Source: Naegleria gruberi (Eukaryota). Taken from it: a stretch of 1,323 nucleotides of DNA. The position numbers were made by a program, and so were the translations under genes. The stretch is taken from the NCBI GenBank assembly GCA_000004985.1, contig GG739446.1, one strand, 5' to 3'. Positions 1-1,323 of the stretch are shown one piece after another; within the stretch, counting starts at the first letter, position 1, and the number at the start of each line of letters is the position of its first letter. Below the pieces are notes generated by a model. That model saw nothing but the letters and a program-made list of their open reading frames with translations. It had not been told where the DNA came from and did no database searches.

Positions 1-374
1 TTTTTCTTTCCAATCACACCAGCAACAACTGATCCTGTATTGATTCCAACTCGAATATTCAATTGATTTTGAGGATGTTCAATATTGTAATTTCTAATCA
101 CTTGGAATGTATCAATTGCAAATCTCAATGTTCTCTCAGGATGATCAGATTGTGGATTATTATGTAAACCTCCAACACAAAAATAAGCATCACCAATTGT
201 CTTGATCTTTTCCAATGAATAAACATCTGTCAAATCATCAAATCCATTCACAATTGATGACAACATTAAAACCAATTCACTTGGATTCATTCCACTTGAC
301 ATTTTTGTAAAACCAACCATATCACTAAAGAAACAAGTAATATCACTGAATCTCTCAGCAATAAATGTCTCACC
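1..374 (-). other. Cyclase homology domain (class III nucleotidyl cyclase catalytic domain), roughly the N-terminal two thirds. It is truncated by the window edge at + 1.
   Basis: ETFIAERFSDITCFFSDMVGFTKMSSGMNPSELVLMLSSIVNGFDDLTDVYSLEKIKTIGDAYFCVGGLHNNPQSDHPERTLRFAIDTFQVIRNYNIEHPQNQLNIRVGINTGSVVAGVIGKK. The two conserved metal-binding Asp are present: in FSDMVGFT (+ 321-323) and in TIGDAY (+ 189-191). KIKTIGDAY and RVGI(N/H)TG-VVAGV-G are canonical motifs of eukaryotic and bacterial adenylyl/guanylyl cyclases. Confidence 0.9.
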
Positions 375-1323
375 TGATTTCAACTTACTTGCAACAGCAT
401 CTGGCAAGATATTTCTCAATAAATTTTCAGAATTTTTCTTCTCCTCCGCTAGAAGTGAATTTTGCTTTCGCTCAGATGTAATGTCTCTCATAATACATGA
501 AATCACCATGGAGCTGGATGAATTACCTTTCATTCCTGATATTTGCGACACAAATATAGTGACAACAGCTGGGAATTTAGTAAGATTCTTTCTAACACAC
601 TCCAATTCAATAACATCTCCATGTTTGGCTGCTTCTTCATTTTTCAATTCACCTATCATCTTGATTATCTTTTCCAATGCTGGGTTTGATTCATCGCTGA
701 ATAATTTGCTAAAATGAGTTCCAATGACATCAGAAATTGACTTGCCAAACATATTTTGAGCAGGCTCATTAAAAACAATAATTTCTCCATTTTCGTTTGC
801 TAATAATGCTCCATCAATCATGCTAGTTATAAACTCCTTATAAGAATCCTGGCTCGTGGAGCTGTTTGTTTCTTTTCTGAATTTACTGGCAAGCGAACCT
901 CCCATGGTGTTATAAAGTGCAAAATTCTTGAAATTGTCATTTGATTCTAAAAAGTCAGTAGATAGATAATTCAAGAACGATTTCATATTGGTAATTTCAT
1001 TGTCATAGGTTTGTAAGCTATGGAATAACAAGTATTGCAGTGTTAACATTAACAAAATTGAAATAATAGCAGAGAGTATCGAAATTGTAATGGAAGGAAC
1101 AGCTGTTAAATCAACAAGAGTGAAAAGAAAGTCTCTAAACTTATCATAAACCATATCACACATATTAAATAATGTTAGCAATTCTGCGAATGCTTCTTCA
1201 GATTGTTTTGATGCATAGGCAGGATTGAAGAACTTTTCACTCACTTGTCCTGCAAGAATAGTAAAGGTTGAGAGATACTTTTGCATACCATAACAATCTT
1301 TTAACAATTCATTGCTCTTTCCA
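1..1323 (-). CDS. Partial CDS, open at both ends: membrane-anchored, PAS-domain-containing class III nucleotidyl cyclase, most likely an adenylyl cyclase. The N-terminal side lies at + 1323 and the C-terminal side runs past + 1.
   Basis: Hand translation of the reverse complement, skipping its first base, gives 440 consecutive sense codons with no TAA, TAG or TGA in frame: GKSNELLKDCYGMQKYLSTFTILAGQVSEKFFNPAYASKQSEEAFAELLTLFNMCDMVYDKFRDFLFTLVDLTAVPSITISILSAIISILLMLTLQYLLFHSLQTYDNEITNMKSFLNYLSTDFLESNDNFKNFALYNTMGGSLASKFRKETNSSTSQDSYKEFITSMIDGALLANENGEIIVFNEPAQNMFGKSISDVIGTHFSKLFSDESNPALEKIIKMIGELKNEEAAKHGDVIELECVRKNLTKFPAVVTIFVSQISGMKGNSSSSMVISCIMRDITSERKQNSLLAEEKKNSENLLRNILPDAVASKLKSGETFIAERFSDITCFFSDMVGFTKMSSGMNPSELVLMLSSIVNGFDDLTDVYSLEKIKTIGDAYFCVGGLHNNPQSDHPERTLRFAIDTFQVIRNYNIEHPQNQLNIRVGINTGSVVAGVIGKK. 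It contains the class III cyclase motifs (FSDMVGFT, EKIKTIGDAYF, RVGINTGSVVAGVIG) and a PAS-type DIT-ERK motif. A stop-free frame across 1.3 kb of A/T-rich DNA is very unlikely by chance. Confidence 0.9.
375..464 (-). other. Helical linker, the cyclase transducer element / signalling helix, between the PAS domain and the catalytic domain.
   Basis: QNSLLAEEKKNSENLLRNILPDAVASKLKSG. The L-L-x-x-I-L-P-x-x-V-A-x-x-L-K pattern sits immediately N-terminal to the catalytic domain. That is the conserved position and sequence character of the transducer element described for class III cyclases. A heptad-like charged/hydrophobic alternation precedes it. Confidence 0.6.
465..839 (-). other. PAS sensor domain, cytoplasmic, with no cofactor assignable from sequence.
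   Basis: KEFITSMIDGALLANENGEIIVFNEPAQNMFGKSISDVIGTHFSKLFSDESNPALEKIIKMIGELKNEEAAKHGDVIELECVRKNLTKFPAVVTIFVSQISGMKGNSSSSMVISCIMRDITSERK. The N-terminal part follows the PAS pattern (D-G-hh--D--G-I---N-a----GY---E-IG). The C-terminal part has the typical beta-strand run (E-R-K-G---V-V--S-I----G---G-V-V--DITERK). It ends in DITSERK at + 465-485, a close variant of the very common PAS-terminal DITERK motif. Confidence 0.8.
840..1022 (-). other. Polar juxtamembrane linker between the membrane anchor and the PAS domain.
   Basis: HSLQTYDNEITNMKSFLNYLSTDFLESNDNFKNFALYNTMGGSLASKFRKETNSSTSQDSY. It is hydrophilic and rich in N/S/T. It is positively charged (KFRKE) a short distance after the hydrophobic segment, consistent with a cytoplasmic face. 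Confidence 0.4.
1023..1130 (-). other. Hydrophobic transmembrane region: one long helix, or a helix plus a preceding amphipathic helix.
   Basis: FLFTLVDLTAVPSITISILSAIISILLMLTLQYLLF. About 23 consecutive apolar residues (ITISILSAIISILLMLTLQYLLF) follow a second, shorter hydrophobic stretch (FLFTLVDLTAV) that holds one Asp and one Pro. A polar, basic segment comes immediately after. Judged by eye from residue hydropathy only. Confidence 0.7.

Noticed and set aside
507-527. The Ser-run (GNSSSSM, from tca tcc agc tcc) could be a short nucleotide or amino-acid repeat.
   Set aside because: It is four serines encoded by non-identical codons, not a tandem DNA repeat. It is more plausibly a small low-complexity loop insertion in the PAS domain, and is mentioned under the PAS finding rather than as a repeat feature.
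481-717. The plus-strand 78-aa ORF (MSLIIHEITMELDELPFIPDICDTNIVTTAGNLVRFFLTHSNSITSPCLAASSFFNSPIILIIFSNAGFDSSLNNLLK) is the only entry in the supplied ORF track.
   Set aside because: It lies entirely antisense to the PAS-domain-coding part of a 440-codon stop-free frame with unmistakable domain content. Its product has no recognisable motif, is short, and is the kind of shadow ORF expected opposite a real gene. It was not annotated as a CDS.
1-1323. Alternative (ciliate-type) genetic code, to explain why the track shows no minus-strand ORF despite obvious cyclase motifs.
   Set aside because: The minus-strand frame has no TAA, TAG or TGA in frame under the standard code, and all 13 Gln are CAA or CAG. 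The ORF is absent from the track most likely because it lacks a start and stop inside the window, not because of recoding.
1-1323. Spliceosomal introns interrupting the gene, expected if this were a metazoan genomic cyclase locus.
   Set aside because: Domain motifs follow one another in a single continuous frame with normal spacing (PAS about 120 aa, linker about 30 aa, catalytic-domain motifs at canonical distances). There are no frame shifts or stop-containing inserts, so there is no evidence of an intron within the window.
1-1323. Promoter, ribosome-binding site, terminator, or an inter-gene or operon-level system such as a defence island or toxin-antitoxin pair.
   Set aside because: Every base of the window lies inside one reading frame. 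There is no intergenic DNA in which to call regulatory elements, and no second gene from which to infer a system. Any such call would be unsupported.

Overview
The whole 1323-nt window is internal coding sequence of one gene on the minus strand. The minus-strand frame with codons on + coordinates 1320-1322 down to 3-5 reads through 440 sense codons under the standard code with no stop, and runs off both ends of the window. The ORF track does not list it, probably because it only reports complete start-to-stop ORFs inside the window. The translated protein is a sensor-type class III nucleotidyl (adenylyl/guanylyl) cyclase, read N to C from + 1322 to + 3. It has a polar or weakly hydrophobic region of unknown identity, a long hydrophobic transmembrane segment and a polar juxtamembrane linker. 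A PAS domain follows, ending in the textbook DIT(S)ERK motif. After it come a short helical cyclase-transducer / signalling-helix linker (LLRNILPDAVASKL) and roughly the N-terminal two thirds of a cyclase homology domain. That domain shows the hallmarks FSDMVGFT, EKIKTIGDAYF and NIRVGINTGSVVAGVIGKK, and continues beyond position 1. The only ORF in the track (+ strand 481..717, 78 aa) lies antisense inside the PAS-coding region and is most likely a shadow ORF. I cannot see a promoter, terminator, RNA gene, repeat, CRISPR array or mobile element, and the window is too short and too fully coding to show any multi-gene system. The source organism cannot be fixed from sequence alone. G+C is low and codons are A/T-ending (AGA Arg, GGA/GGT Gly, TTG/TTA Leu, CAA Gln). 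That fits a low-GC bacterium, an intron-poor protist or a cDNA.
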